A DNA stretch of 64,000 nt from Felis catus (GCF_018350175.1 NC_058368.1:194000001-194064000), one strand, 5' to 3'; positions 14,030-27,870 are shown, counted from the stretch's first letter. The notes: generated by a model not told the origin, from the sequence alone. Program-made: numbers and translations.

Positions 14030-14195
14030 TTGTTAAGAAAGTGGGCCCAAAGGACAGTCTGCCTGGGTTTTCACTCTGGCTATAACTATTCACTGGCTGG
14101 ATGATCTCAGGCATTTAGTTTAACTTCTCCTCATTCATAAGGATGGCTCATTCATAAAATGCAGTGAATATCAGTACAAATACTTACCATGGTTA
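14030..14195 (+). mobile_element. MIR
   Basis: gttaagaaagtggg...ctgcctgggttttcactctggct...tgatctcaggcatttagtttaacttctc. Confidence 0.65.
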
Positions 14196-14581
14196 TTCTT
14201 CTCATTGCCTGAGTTTCTGATAATGAACTTGTTGAGTGGGATGGAGAAAAATCTTTTCTAACCATCACTGAATGATTTGTAGCTCCATTGTCGATATTTC
14301 TGGGGGCAAGAAAGTAGAAATTCAAAACGAGCCCAAGGTGGGCAGTGTGATAAATATTACTTGCACATGAATGTAGGTGACAGCAAACCAGAGTAAACCA
14401 TTCTTCACTCTCACTTCTGGAGCTGGGGTGACCATTGCTTTGGACAAGCCAATTCAGGACAGGTGTGAGCAGGAAGACGACCCATCTGTGGCCTTCTAGT
14501 GAAATTTGAGTCCAATTTTACATTATAAATGTGATTCCAAAGCCACTTAAACCTTGTATTTAGTTTAAAGTAGTTTCACAC

Positions 14582-14688
14582 TTTAATTATTAAATTATTA
14601 TATTAATTTAATTATTAATACATTAATATTATATAATTATATAATATAATTAATTATATTAATTTAATTATTAAATTAAAATAATTTT
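14582..14688. repeat. AT-only low-complexity tract with palindromes
   Basis: About 105 bp almost entirely A/T. Palindromes at 14626-14647 and 14643-14660. Confidence 0.9.
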
Positions 14689-14894
14689 CAGAGCCAATAA
14701 CCAGCCCACGGTCCCAGATAAACAAATACCCCAACAATAAACAGCCAAGAGTAGAAGCCATCAGAAGCAATAGCTGTAGAGACTGAGTCCCCATGACTTC
14801 AGGAAGTAAAGCTATCAAATACAGTTTACAAAGCAAGTGGGCTTAGCATATTTAATAAAAAAGGCAACCTTGCAAGTGTCTAAGAAGAAGAAGA

Positions 14895-14957
14895 GGGGCA
14901 CAATGGGTGGCTCAGTTGGTTAAGCATCTGACTCTTGATTTTAGCTCGGGTCATGAT
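14895..14957 (+). mobile_element. Carnivore SINE head only (3' part missing)
   Basis: ggggcacaatgggtggctcagttggttaagcatctgactcttgattttagctcgggtcatgat. No CT tract or tail. Confidence 0.85.
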
Positions 14958-16364
14958 TAACCTTCAATAGTTTTAATGTATAAGAACAGTTCCCAAGTGG
15001 TGGTGAGAGGTCAGGGTTTTACAAAGAAGGAGGAAAGTAATGGTGGTGGTGGAGGCTCACCCACATGTATGCGTCTACTACTCTTCAACAGGCTCCTGCA
15101 TACAATGTGCAAGTGATTATTACCCATGTGCGGGGGATGTGGCAGTGGGCGCTCAGCTCCAACCCTATGTCCTGGGGAAGAGGCATGTTTTCTTACACAC
15201 CAGAGGCATCAGGAGTTGTGTCCTTGAATTTATTGACCTGACGGTGCTCAAGCCGACTTGGAGCTGAGCAAAACAGTAAGTGATGGATTTGGTGATTCCC
15301 TGATATATAAAGCTGAATTTAGTGGAGGAAAAGGTGATGAGATGGTGACCAATGAAATGACACCCCAAGTGCTTCCAAAACTTTAACAGATAGAAATTTA
15401 AACAAGTGGAATCATTGGTACAAAACAGGTCTGAAAAGGCCCCCCCTCCCCCGCCCCGAGAAACATCTGGTCCAGACCCCTCAGTATAAAATCTCAGAGG
15501 AGAAAAAGTGCCTTTTCTCTACTTGAAGGAACAAACAAGGCTTGCTGGAGGCCAAGTTCTTTCCCAGGTGGGCACGTGCTGGGGAGGGTGGGGCAAAGTC
15601 CGCTTCTGGGGTATACCTTGTTTGATGCTTTTGCTTCTGTTCACAGGGACAAATAGGTTCCCTTTGCTGGTGTTTCGGGTGGCACATTGTGTGGTTTCAG
15701 TTTTGAGACTAAAAACAAACTCTTCCTGTAACCAAATGCGCCCTCACGTGGAATACAATACTCTCCAGATGAGAATTGAAAAAAATAAACCTTAGTGACA
15801 ATTTCTGCCAGTTCCAGACCCCTTGAGCTCAGGGGAGGGTAAGGGTCATGGACTTACCAATCCAGATAGAGTGGTTTGTACAGGGAGCGGGAGATGGGGA
15901 GGGGTAGGCATCATCCCACATAACACAGACCTGCTTGAGGCACTGGGCCACCTTGTCCAGTCATGGCAAAAACAACGGTTGGATCCACAGGTTCGTGTAG
16001 TGCCCTAGCACAGACTGAATTATGTACCTTGCTCTATCAGGATGCTGGAGGGCCAAAAACTCACCTTCTAATGGGGCTCAAAGATACGCTTATAACGCTT
16101 GTCAAGAGAAGTCAGGCACTTTAGGTCTAGTGCAAGTACCTTGCAGTTCTCCCCAAGCAATAAAAACAAAAACACTTTTAGATTCAAATGGCATTTCTAC
16201 CTAAATGCAAACTCTTATATGCACCATCTTGCTTATAATTCACGGACTAGCTGGCCTAAGGTAGCAACCTCTTTACAAAGAAGCATAGATTTGGAGCATC
16301 CAGTCCCCTGCATGAGAGTCTTTCTCCTGTCTTCCTACCAATGTGGCAAAAAGGGGGAATTAGA

Positions 16365-16570
16365 AAAATGACATTTGCTGAGCAGTTATAATGTGCCAAC
16401 TACTTTCTTAAATTATCTCTGAAGTTCAGACCATTTACTTGAGGAAGAACTATTACCCTAATCTTCCAGAGAAGTTAAGGGACTTGTCCTAGTTTAATAG
16501 TTAATAGGTGACGGAACTGAGAATAAAAAGGAGGACTGTCTTTTTAAAATATTGATACTCTTTCCACTAT
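16365..16570 (-). mobile_element. MIR
   Basis: acatttgctgagcagttataatgtgcca...agagaagttaagggacttgtcc...tactcttttccactata. Confidence 0.7.
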
Positions 16571-18350
16571 ACGTATTTTCAATAAGCAGTTACTCAAGGT
16601 GGTGATGTTGATAATCTTGAACCATTGAGAATAAAAAAGGTAACATTTATCTAGAGAAACACAATCTTCCTTTCGGAAGAAAATGAAACCAGTCACAGGT
16701 GATGATTGTTTAGACTATTAAATCATTGTTCATCTAAAAAATATATTAGGTGTTACTGTGTAATTTCTCCATTCAGGAAGCATTTCAGCATAATACGCTA
16801 AACTGACTTGGGTACTTAGGGCTTCAAACCGACTATGTTTTTAAGTTTGTATGAATTTTCATTTTTTTTTTCATTAGTATATTGAGACATCTCAGCAGTG
16901 AGACAAAATTCAAAGACTACAGCTATTTTTCCATGTGTATTTGTTGCATAATCGCTGGCTAATGAGCTTTTTGAGAATAAAGAAAACCAAGTACATGGAA
17001 GCAACTCTATTTGTCTCCTTTTGGACAGCTACTGCATTTAACAACATGGTCTCTTGGGGAAAATGTTTGGCTCTGTGCATTTCTTTTTATTTTTATTTTT
17101 GTTGTCATTATTATTCAAAACCCCTCCTGCTTCTCTACAAGAAGATAAAAAAGTGTTTCATGTTTTTAAAGTGCCTAGTAATATCCCTAGGGAAGAGCGA
17201 GGTATAATTACTCCCATTTTTCAGATGAAGAAGCACAGAGCTGTTGACTAGTTTTCCTGGGTCAGAGGGCCAATTTCATAGAAAATCTAGAATCTTGGGG
17301 TCCTTTTTGTGTTTCACTATGTTTTGAGATTGTGGGAAACCCACAGCTCATCCCTTGGATGTGCTTTCTTTTAGTGATGACCAGGGATGGATATGGGAAG
17401 AACTAATGGCTATGTAATACATCCTATTCCCAGGTCCCGCGCCTGCATTAAATTAGACTGGGGGAAGCACAGGATAATAGATTATCCCAGATGTCAAGGA
17501 ACCTTTCAAAATATGCATATTTTCTGATCCCTTCCCATCCCCCAACCAAAATTAATGGTTCAGGAACAAGGCTCAGAATCTAGAGTTCTACAAAAGCAGG
17601 AGGATAGCTCTCATATTCAGCAAGGAGAGTTTGGAAAGTATTATTTTTCTAGTTTACCTGATTCTTTGAAGACCCTCTTTCATATCTCCTTGTCCAGGGA
17701 TTACTGTGGAAGTAGTGTAGCTTCGGTTTGAATGCTAGTTCTGCCACATGCTAATTGGGTGACCTTTGACAAATTACCTAATGTCTCTGAATTTTGTTTG
17801 AACTGACAACTGACATAAAAAGATGAATAATGTAAGGGTAAGATACCCTAAAACAAAATCAAACAAAAACTAAACAGAATAAGAATGCAATTAATCGTTT
17901 CTTCCGGTAGAATGGTAGTGGGGGTGGGAGAAGTAATATTGGCCTTCTGATAGTCCATGGCCTTCGTGCCTACTTGTTAGAAAACCCTTACATTGAGAGA
18001 ACTTCTTCCTTTCAATTTCCAGCCATCAGTGTTAGGCACGATCTTCATAATGATAGACTGCTCTGACTTCCTCCATGTGAAAGGCCTGCTAAAGTATTTC
18101 CTCACATCTCTTCTCTCCCCAACCCAATACTTCTTTTCTCTGGAATTGTTATTGGACTATTTATTCTAGATTTGTGCCTTCAACTGTTGCCCATAAGAAA
18201 TAATCCTGGTCCAGGGTCTGTGGCTTCAAACTGTAGATGAATAGGTGCTTTTGGGTGCTTTTCTCCATTAACAAATCCTTCTGACCCATGGTTGACCAGT
18301 GTTCCCATATGATTGTCAAACAAGAATTGAAGCCATTGCATCTACTACAT

Positions 18351-18502
18351 CAGTGCGTCTGAAACATTTGAATCACCTGGGGATATGGTTAGAATGAAGA
18401 TTCCGATTCAGGAGGTCTGGGATCAGGCCCTATATCCTGCATTTCTGGTAGGCTCCCAGGTGATGCCACACTACTACATGGGCTGTACTTTGAGGAATGA
18501 GG
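18351..18502. mobile_element. MER5A1-like hAT MITE
   Basis: cagtg...gaatcacctgggga...gattcaggaggtctggga...ctcccaggtgatgc...ctttgagg. 8-bp TSD tactacat / cactacat. Confidence 0.8.
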
Positions 18503-19315
18503 CACTACATCACTACATGTCCTTCATACCTAGATTTATATGCTAAATTCTTGCTTTTGTTTAATCCTACAAAAAATAAAATAGTCTCTGTAGATGGATT
18601 TATATAATTTCTACTGTCAGACAATGTCAATTCTACAAGTCAGTGTGCCTTCCTTTTGGCCTTAGCTGTCAAAAAAAATACTGCCTGCCTATTATCTCCT
18701 CAGTGCTGTTTCCTGCAAGCATCTATAGTGCCAGATTCTTTCAGATGGGCATTTTCTCTGTTTTCTCTGTTACGGCCCTCTCTTGAAAGTTTTTGTATTA
18801 GGCCATGTTTAAATCTCCTTAACAATAAGGCTTTGCATCATTCAGGATTAACAGTGGCAACCTTTGTGTGATGGGAAACGGGTAAGAACTAATTTTGGCT
18901 TCTACAACTTGCTATTCCACTGGCTACTTGTGTCTTGTTACCGTGTAAAGACAAGCTAAGCAGATTGGAATTGATGTCACAAATTGAAAAAATAACCCCC
19001 TTCAACTTCCTATGATATTAGTTGGGCTAGGTGTCACTCTACAAAAGGGATAGTGGTGTGGGAGCTTCGTTTCGGTCCAGGGATTTGGGTAAAGAAAGAC
19101 AATTTGGAGGTACTGTTGTATTATGTTTTTTCCTTATTTATTTTAAAAATATTTTAAGATGAAATTAAAACTTATAAAGACATTATAAACTACAGAAAAA
19201 AATTTAAGAGTCAGAAATTCCAGATGCCAACAGATTAGAGACATACACCATTGATTTTTCTTTCCTTCCAGAACTTTTTACTTTATTTTCTGTATATGCA
19301 TGTGCAATTTATAAG

Positions 19316-19348
19316 ACACACACGCGCACACACACACACACACACACA
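19316..19348. repeat. (CA)n microsatellite with CG interruptions
   Basis: Read directly from the sequence. Confidence 0.95.
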
Positions 19349-21027
19349 AATAATTTATTACTGGCTAGAGCATATAAAATTTCTATTTTTGTATGCCAAA
19401 ACAGTTGAATGTTAGCAGTTTCTTGTAATTCAAACTGTATATATATTGATTTATAACCCGGTTTTAAAGGTCAAAGTCTATATAAACATTATCCAGTTCT
19501 ATCTCCAACAATATCACCAAAAATGGTAATATTAATGCCGTAGTATATATTTTACCAATCTTCTACTCCTGAACACTTAGTTTGTTTCCAACTTGTTCAT
19601 TATTTTAAGTAACTATCCTTATGAAGTAAATGTCCTTATGAAGAATTGTTGGTATATCCCCACAATAATTTTCTCAGGAGAATCCCCCACAATTGGATTA
19701 ATGGGTTGAAGATTACACATATTTAAATATTTCTGACACAATTTAAAATGCCAACATCTGTGTATGAGCTTGTGTCCCATCCTGTATCTGACACTCTTGA
19801 TATATTTTAATCTCCTCTAGTTTGACAGATGAAAAATGGTTATTTTATTACTTGCTGTACATTATTTGATGGTGACTTTTGTTCTGTTAGTGTTTTTATT
19901 TTATCTTTTGTAAATTGCCTACCATGTAATCTTCTGTTGTGCATTTTACTTGTTTGGCTATCTTTTTTACTTTCAAGTTATAAAAGTTCTTTTATACTTA
20001 TGATATTGCCTTTTCAAGTCACAGGTGCTCCAAACATCCCACCATTTTAGTTATCTTTTGATAGTCTTCAAGGCAGTTTTTTTTAATTGTGTGATTTCAA
20101 ATTCCTATGGAGATTGTATTCTTTTCAAATATAGTTTCTGCATTTTGTGCTTAGAAATTCCTTATACCCTCAAATTATTGAAAATGTCTTCTAGGTTTTT
20201 TTTCTTTCTAGTTCCTTTGAACTATTCAGTTAGTCCAAGATTTTTTTAGGAAAATCTTTGAGACAAAGATCCAGCTTTCTGTTTCTCTGAGCACAGCTTG
20301 TTGAATATTCCATCCTGTAATTGCTGATCTAAAATGACATGCTGATCCTAAACTGAATTCTGAGAGGAAGGTGTGTCTGCTTATGGAATTTTACTTCTTC
20401 TCATTCATCTTCCTGTTCTGCATCCATTACCAGAACTGTAATAACTCAATCGTTATACAGATTTTGAATGGCTAGCAAGGTAAGTCACCCACTATTCTTT
20501 GTCTTGGACCTTTCTTTAGCTATTCTTTTTAATTTTTCTTTTTGTCATTTTCAGTTATGAGGAAAGAAATTCCATTGAGATTCAATGAGAATATCGAATT
20601 TAAAATTAATTTCGGGAAAATTAAAATATTGAAATTTTGAACTTTGTTGCAATCACGGTAACCCTTTTTACTTTTATGAGGCCTTTTTTATGTCTATATT
20701 AAAGGTTATTTCAAATAGGTCTTACACATTTCTAGTTAAGTTTCATCCAATACATTTTCTGTTTTTTTATATGAATAAGATTTTTTTAAAAAGCATATTT
20801 GTTTTAAAAAATCACATTTGTTACTGATTTTTAAAGGATCCTAGGCAAGTTGTTACTGTCTTTTCTTAATAAGTCATCTTACTAAACTCTAGTAGGATTA
20901 AATAATTATTCCATTTTCCCTTAGGCTTATTATTTCCAGTACCCCAGTAGTTAATAAAAATTTAGCCTGTCTTTTACAATAAGTTTTACATTTCTATTCC
21001 ATTTACCTTACATAACTTTACCCAATC

Positions 21028-21239
21028 TTTTGTTTCTAATGTTTATTTATTTATTTTGAGAGAGAGAGAGAGAGAGAGCATGCGCATGGTGGAGGGACAG
21101 AGAGAGAAAGAATCCCAAGCAGGCTTTGCATTGTCAGTGCAGAACCCTACATGGGGATCCATCTCATGAACTGCGAGATCATGACCTGAGTCAAAATTAA
21201 GAGTCAGATGCTTAGCCAACTGAGCCACCCAGGAACCCC
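21028..21239 (-). mobile_element. Carnivore SINE
   Basis: tttatttattttgagagag...gagccacccaggaacccc. Confidence 0.93.
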
Positions 21240-23301
21240 TGAGTTTACCAGTCTTATTGTCTAGAATTTTCATAACCTTGTGGTTGATAGCTTAATTTTC
21301 CTTTTTCAGATTTTAGTTAGAAGGCCGTTATAGTTTTACTTTAAGTACAATTCCGGCAGTTGATTTGGGATACATTTTTCTTTCCAGGTTAAGATAGTGG
21401 CATTCTTTTCATGGATTATTAAGAGTTTTTAGCTGTAATGTGTGTTGAATTTTGTCAGTTGGATTTTGGCCTCTGTTGACATAATTGTCCTTTGATCTAT
21501 TTATTGACAAGTTGCTCTCCACTCATATGTTTCCTAATATCATACCGTTGTTGCATGCCTGAATAATCCATTTGTGGTATATTCTTTTAAAATGGCTTTA
21601 GATTACATTTATTTTACATTTAGTACTGCTATATTTTATTGACAGGATTATTTACAGGTATTTATTTTTTTGATATTTTCATTAGGTTTTATCATCAGAG
21701 TTATATTAGCTTGGTGAGCATAATTGGGAAGATTTATGATTTATTAATGTTTTTGAGCCAGGGTATGGGAGATAAAATATCTTGTGTCCACAGTTTAATC
21801 TCCTTCCAGCTTTTCATGTTGTTAGTTACCTGTATTCCTTACTTCTAGAGCCATCCATTTTGAAACTATACCTCTGAAACAACACTTCTGAAATACGGGA
21901 GACAGTTTGTGTCTCTAGTTTGTTCTTTTTTATTTGAACTATGGTAGCTCTCTAGGTGTACAGAAATTTTTCTCTCCTTTCTCATCTTTCTAAAATGAGT
22001 CTTATGCTCAGCTGCTTGACATTAGTTCCCTTAGACTATATGGTTCTGCATTTAAATCTTCTAAATTCAGATTAAAAAAATAAACCAAACAAAGCCAACA
22101 GGTATCTAACCACAGTATTACTTGACGATTAGGAGATCCATCAGCCTGCACAGGGAGAGGTTGTTGGGTTGTTGGGCCAGAGAGTTCTGACATGGTCAGA
22201 AATTCCTTCTTTGTGTTTGTTGGGGTAGCCCAAAATTAACTGGGGGAATATGTCAATAACAGAGAAGTGTTATTTTGGTGAAGAATGCTAGTATTGTGCC
22301 CATATTATTTTATAGAACATAGAAGAAGCTCAAATAGGCCATATTGGGTACTTCTCAGATTCACTGCTAGAATAAAAACTTGTCATTTATTAATTACTCT
22401 TTTCTCTAGTGCCTTTATGAATTCGAGAATATGGATATGTAGGTATCTATTGGGGATTCGCTTATTTCCTAAGCCAACACATTCTTTTCCTGTGGTAAAT
22501 TATGGGTCAGTTTGTTTACGTCTCATTCTGGTGTTCTCTGCATTTTTTTTTTCTTTGAAAATATTCCCAATTTTTAAAATAAGCCAAATTTTACCCTCAT
22601 TTCCATTACTGGTATGGATTGTTGTATTCTTTTGGTCGTTTGAATGGGAAGGCAGAATAAAGGGAAGGAAGTTTATGAAGTTAAAAGCATGCCCCCAATC
22701 CCTGACCTTTCTTCATAGATACACATTGTCCTTTGGCCTTACCCTGAGGAAACTTGTCCAAGTGAGTCATAGAGAAAAGTTTTCACATGCAAATATTATA
22801 TGATTCTAAGTGTGGGCCTTGCCTGTTTCAGAGATTTAGAAAAAGTTTATTATAAGAGCTTTTGGAGTAAATAGCTAAGACTGTTGTGTGAGAGTTGTCA
22901 GTACTGATGACTCTATGGCCTGTGAAGATGGGGGATGACTGTTAATGATAAGGAAATGGGGCCCTGAAGTTAAGTGTGTGAGTCAGAAATTCTCCTCATG
23001 GGTGACTGGAGCAAAAACGTTTTTGTTGCCATTGTGTACTTTATATTGACTTGCCCTTTTTCTATATAAATTTAAAAATCAACTTACTTTTGATTTTACT
23101 CATCCAGGCTATGAGACCTGACAAATCAGGGTTACATTTTATATACACAAGGCTAAGATAATGCCAGCCGTTTTATATAAGAGGGGAATGAAACTCCCAA
23201 AGGTAGGTGATCTCTCTAAGCTATTCAGCTAATATGAAATAAGATGCAAACCCCAGGGCTTCAGATGACCTGTGTGCTATCTTTCCCATCCCACCATTTT
23301 T

Positions 23302-23357
23302 TTTTTTTTTTTTGAGAGAGAGAGCGAGCTAGTAAGCTAGCAGGGAAGGGAGGGAGG

Positions 23358-23404
<47 letters not shown>

Positions 23405-23520
23405 GCTTAAGTAGGTTCCACGCCCACAGTGGAGTCCAAGGAGGTGCTCAATCTCAAGACTGTGAGATCATGACCTGAGCCAAACTTCAGGTACTTAACC
23501 AACTGAGACACCCAGGCGCC
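23302..23520 (-). mobile_element. Carnivore SINE
   Basis: TSD tcccatcccaccattttt / tcccgtcccaccattttt. (GA)n tract. Head ...cacccaggcgcc. Confidence 0.92.
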
Positions 23521-24767
23521 TCCCGTCCCACCATTTTTAAACAGTTGCTTCAGGATTTGGGTGTCACATTTTAATAGGGGATTTCTCAGAGGCCATTTCT
23601 ATTTCTGACCCAGATCCAAAAACCAAACTGAAGCAATTCACACTTTACTAACTGAAGTGTTTTCCCTTAGATTCTTCACAGGAATTAGTCAAAGGAAAAT
23701 CCGATAATGTTCCTGGAAAATTGGATGCTACTGTACTATTCTGTAGGCAGTACATTTCTTTGACCCCAGCTTGAGCTCAGTGCATACCCTGACACCGGGG
23801 GACTAATTGGCCATGTAATTGTTATCCTTGCTAGTAACTGCACAAGCTGTTCTTATTCATAGAAGCACCTAATCCTTTTTCCAAATTCTTCTTGCTTCAA
23901 TTTGCCTCAATAATATCCTGCAGTAATGGATAATTGCACATTGTGTAGAGAAGGATTTTCCTTTGATCTTCTCTAAATTTAGACTCTGTTAATTTCATTT
24001 ACTGTCCCCTTCTGGGTAGGCAACAGGACCAGGTAGCAAGGAACACTGAAATAGATGCCTTACAGCATTTCATTTATATTCCTCTATCATATATCAGGCA
24101 ACACTTTGCTCTCTCCATTTCCCCTGCTGAAGACACAGACTCTTTGTCCTTTGCCTGGAATCTTCCCTGTTATACTTCTCCAGCCATTCTAATTATTTCT
24201 GCTGCAATCAGATAGACCTGGCAGCATTGCTCAGGTTCAAAGGGAGAATAAATGGAGATTAGATCACTGACTTTGAGTGTCTAGAGGGATGTCAGGAGGA
24301 TGAAGGATAAGACTTATCCTGAATGGTTTAAGAATTTGAACTAGCAACTGCATAAGTTGTTGAAAAGTGGACTTGAACTCAATGAAAGGTGGGGGGGTTA
24401 TACATTAAATAGAGTTATCCATCTAAGAAGTGGTTACCTCAGAACAGAACAAGCTCCCCTTATGGGAGTCCTCAAAGCTGTTAAAGCCTGAGCTGAAAAT
24501 CACTCAATTCTAGGCTTACATCTGGGTGACCCTGGGTGGGCTGCTTCACTTCTTTCAGCCCTTCTAATTTCCTTTGTGTAAATGAGTGTGACCGCCTGTC
24601 TGGGAGACCTTGTATGACTATTAGTTAACATCATAATTAGTCCTCTCAGTGGAGGTGAGAGCTAAGAGGCAGGATTTTGTATATATTTGGGAGATAGAAA
24701 AACACTTTGTGGTGAACTGTTTTGGGTATGAGGGAGAAAGAAGTGTCAAGCAACAATTACCTGTTCT

Positions 24768-24995
24768 TTTTTTATTTAATGTTTATTTATTTTGAGAGAA
24801 AGAGAGAGAAAGATATATGCATGAGTGGGGAGAGGGGTGGAGAGGGGCAGAGAGAGGGAGAGAGAGAATTCCAAGCAGGCTCCATGCTTCCAGCAAAGAG
24901 TCCAATGTGGGGCTTGATCCCACAAACCTTAAGCTCATGAGCTGAGATGAAATCAAGAGTCAGATGCTCAACCAACTGAGTCACCTGGGCATCCC
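24768..24995 (-). mobile_element. Carnivore SINE
   Basis: Degenerate TSD aacaattacctgttctt / aacaatttactcgttctt. Typical body. Confidence 0.93.
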
Positions 24996-25110
24996 AACAA
25001 TTTACTCGTTCTTAAGGATTTCACATACGTGGAGAAAATTGTAAAAAGTATAAAACATTTTTACATATAAAAAAACATGAAGTGTCACTTTGTAATATGT
25101 TAAATGTTAT

Positions 25111-25334
25111 TTTTTATTTTTTAAGTGAGCTACATTTTTAAAGTTTATTTATTTTGAGAATGAGAGAGAGACAGCACACGGGCACATGAGAGATGGGGGG
25201 AGAGACAGAGAGCGAGGGATAGAATCCCAAGCAGGCTCTGCACTGTCACTGCAAAGCACTACGTGGAGCTTGAACTCACAAACCATGAGATCATGGTTTT
25301 GAACATTTAATCCACTGAGCCATGCAGGTGCCCC
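25111..25334 (-). mobile_element. Carnivore SINE
   Basis: Degenerate TSD tgtaatatgttaaatgttat / tgtaatatagtatatgttat. Confidence 0.9.
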
Positions 25335-25494
25335 TGTAATATAGTATATGTTATAATCACTTCAATAAATAAGGAAGTAGGAAAGGTCAGGGAAGGTTCC
25401 CTGTAGGAGGCAATGATTGATCTACATTGTAACCCGTGAGTGGGCATGAGAAGCAGAGCAAGGGTATGCTGAGCTCAGGATAATGATGATGACC

Positions 25495-25682
25495 ACGATG
25501 ACATTTATTGACTGACTATTAATATGCAAGAAATTGTGCTAAATGCGTACATGCATGATTCGATTTAACTTCATTTTAAATATGAAGGGACTGAGGTTCA
25601 GAAAGCTTAAGTAATTATTGTATGGTTGCATATCCAGTAATTGGTGGAGTTGGGCTCAAACCCAGAACCTATGTCCTTAATA
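25495..25682 (-). mobile_element. MIR
   Basis: acatttattgactgact...cattttaaatatgaagggactgaggttcagaaagcttaagtaatt...ctcaaacccag. Confidence 0.8.
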
Positions 25683-27707
25683 ATTTTGGGAAGCTGGTTG
25701 AATCCCTACACTTGAAGGGATTCTTGAAAATGTGTCAATCCTCAGGAGTCATCTTGAGTACCTGAAGTGTTACATTTGCATTCATAAGTTTATCGGAAAC
25801 AGAATTCTAGTATAGGGCAGCAAAGAGGTAAAAGGCACAAAGGAGGCTGATAATCCTGGGGAAACTGCGATGATGGGAAACCTCATAAAGAAATAAGTGA
25901 TGTGTTCAGACAACACTCAACTATATGCTCTGAAAAATGAATGGATGAGAAAGATAAGGCTGTGGGCAAAGAAAGTTCCCACAAGAAACCAGTTGGCTGA
26001 CATGAAGTTAACTTCAGTGTGGAAACTGGGTGCATCATCCATGTAGAAAGAAACGAGTATAGATTCATGAACATGACTTGAGAGATCTCTTAGACCAAAC
26101 CACTCCTTCATAATTCCTCTCATTTAATAGAATAAGGTTTGGCTCCTGGACCAGAAACCTGCTCAAATTGACTGAAACAAAGACAATTTCTGGTAAAGAT
26201 AGGGAGAGCTCAGAGAATCCAGGGCAGGTGATGAAGCCCCCTTCCCCCAGAACCTTAATTAAACTAGAAATAAAAACTATACACTTGGAACCTAGGCAAG
26301 TAGCTCCATCTCTGAAGGGCCCTCTGCTTTGTGCTGTATTGAATACTTATCTCTGTCTCTCACCTTGAACAGAAGCAACATTGCGCCCAAATCTTGTCTC
26401 TGTGAAACATCTCCACCCAAGAGCCTTCTGTGGATTGGCTCCAGATTCCACGAGCAATAGTTGAGGTTCACAAGAGGGAAACAGTCTGGTTGCTCATCGG
26501 TTTTATGGTATACTATAAAATCCCTTTTTAGGGGCTAGAGTATGGAACAAAGATGTGGGTAATTTTGGACTAAGTGGCATACTAGAGGAGAAACTATTGT
26601 AACAAAATCGCACAGCTAGTGAGGAACAAAATCCAGCTTTTGATTTGCTCAGGATCCCTTGCATCCTTCTGCAATGCTCCACAAGAATTTTCTTTAACAG
26701 TGCTGCTGTCGCTAGACTTAAATCGGCTAGAATGGGAAAGAAAGCAAGTGATAACAATTGGATGTGATATTATCCTGCTTCTCTTTGACTACACAAATTT
26801 AAAAAAACTTTGCAAAGGTGCCAGGGGGACACTCACTCTCTCTACCCCAACACACACACCATTTCATTGGATGTCTTGGCAAGCATGGCTCATCTGCAAG
26901 GTTGAGTCCAGAAGTGATTCCAGGGCAGTGATTCTCACATAGGCAATATTGAGATTTGTGTTCTATTCCCTGATGGGACAGCTGACACCAGGAGAGGGAA
27001 AGGAATTTGTCCAGAGTACAGAATAGGTCAGTGGCCAAACTGGGGGTAGAACACAGGTATCTTACTTTTCAGTCCATGCTTAGTACCTAACTTTCTTCCC
27101 ATAAGTCTTATCTCATGTGTCAAGTTCTGCTGGCCATTGTAGGGGCCTGGATTATTTTTGAAAAGGTTTCTGAGACCCCATCAATTCTTAACAGAAAAGA
27201 CTGCTATGATTAATTTGTGATGTTTGAATTGTGCATGGAAGATGAGTATGGTAGCATGTAGCCCCTGTGCTCCCCATCCTCGTTTGCCTTTTCCTCTTCT
27301 CCTCCCTGCTTCATTGTAAGCTACTCTGAGCTACTCCTCAGATAAGCAGTGGACTAAGTTCCACATGTAGTGTCTTCACATGATGGAAGGCTTTCCTTTG
27401 CTTGCTTGCATTCTGATTTCTAATTCCATCCTCTCTGAACAAGAAAGGACTGATTAAAGTTAAATTTATTTTAGCTAAACTGATCAGGTGGACTAGTGGC
27501 TCAGGTTCCCAATAAACATCCACCATCTCCTAGTTTATTTGCCTGGACTCTTGAAAGTAAATCAGAATTTTAAAGGTATGCTTAGACTACTAGTGTTAAC
27601 AATCACTCGTGTTATATAATACTTTCATTTATGAGTCATTCTTTTCTTTATTCTTATGCTTAAAAGAACCATATAGATCATCTAGCCAATAAGAAAAATA
27701 TTTTGTG

Positions 27708-27830
27708 GGTCCCCGATGGCGCAATTGGTTGGGAGTCCGACTTCAGCTCAGGTCATGATCTCATGGTTTGTGAGTTTGAGCCCCACGTTGGGCTCTGTGC
27801 CGACAGCTCAGAGCCTGGAGCCTCCTTTGG

Positions 27831-27870
<40 letters not shown>

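Larger units (their letters stand above)
19130..21830 (-). mobile_element. Highly decayed ancient L1 (L1ME-like) fragment
   Basis: T-rich segment with L1 antisense remnants (gaacacttagtttgtttcc, gatgaaaaatggttatttt, gtgttgaattttgtca, ttgcatgcctgaataatccatttg). Confidence 0.6.

Noticed and set aside
15040..15368. GC-richer ORFs that might be a coding exon
   Set aside because: No recognisable protein similarity and no convincing acceptor/donor pair.
20470..20490. AAG|GTAAGT consensus donor
   Set aside because: No upstream polypyrimidine tract or plausible open exon, and it lies in a decayed L1.
22285..22803. 172-aa ORF on +
   Set aside because: F/L/I-rich translation of T-rich DNA with no recognisable domain or exon structure. 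Most likely a chance ORF.
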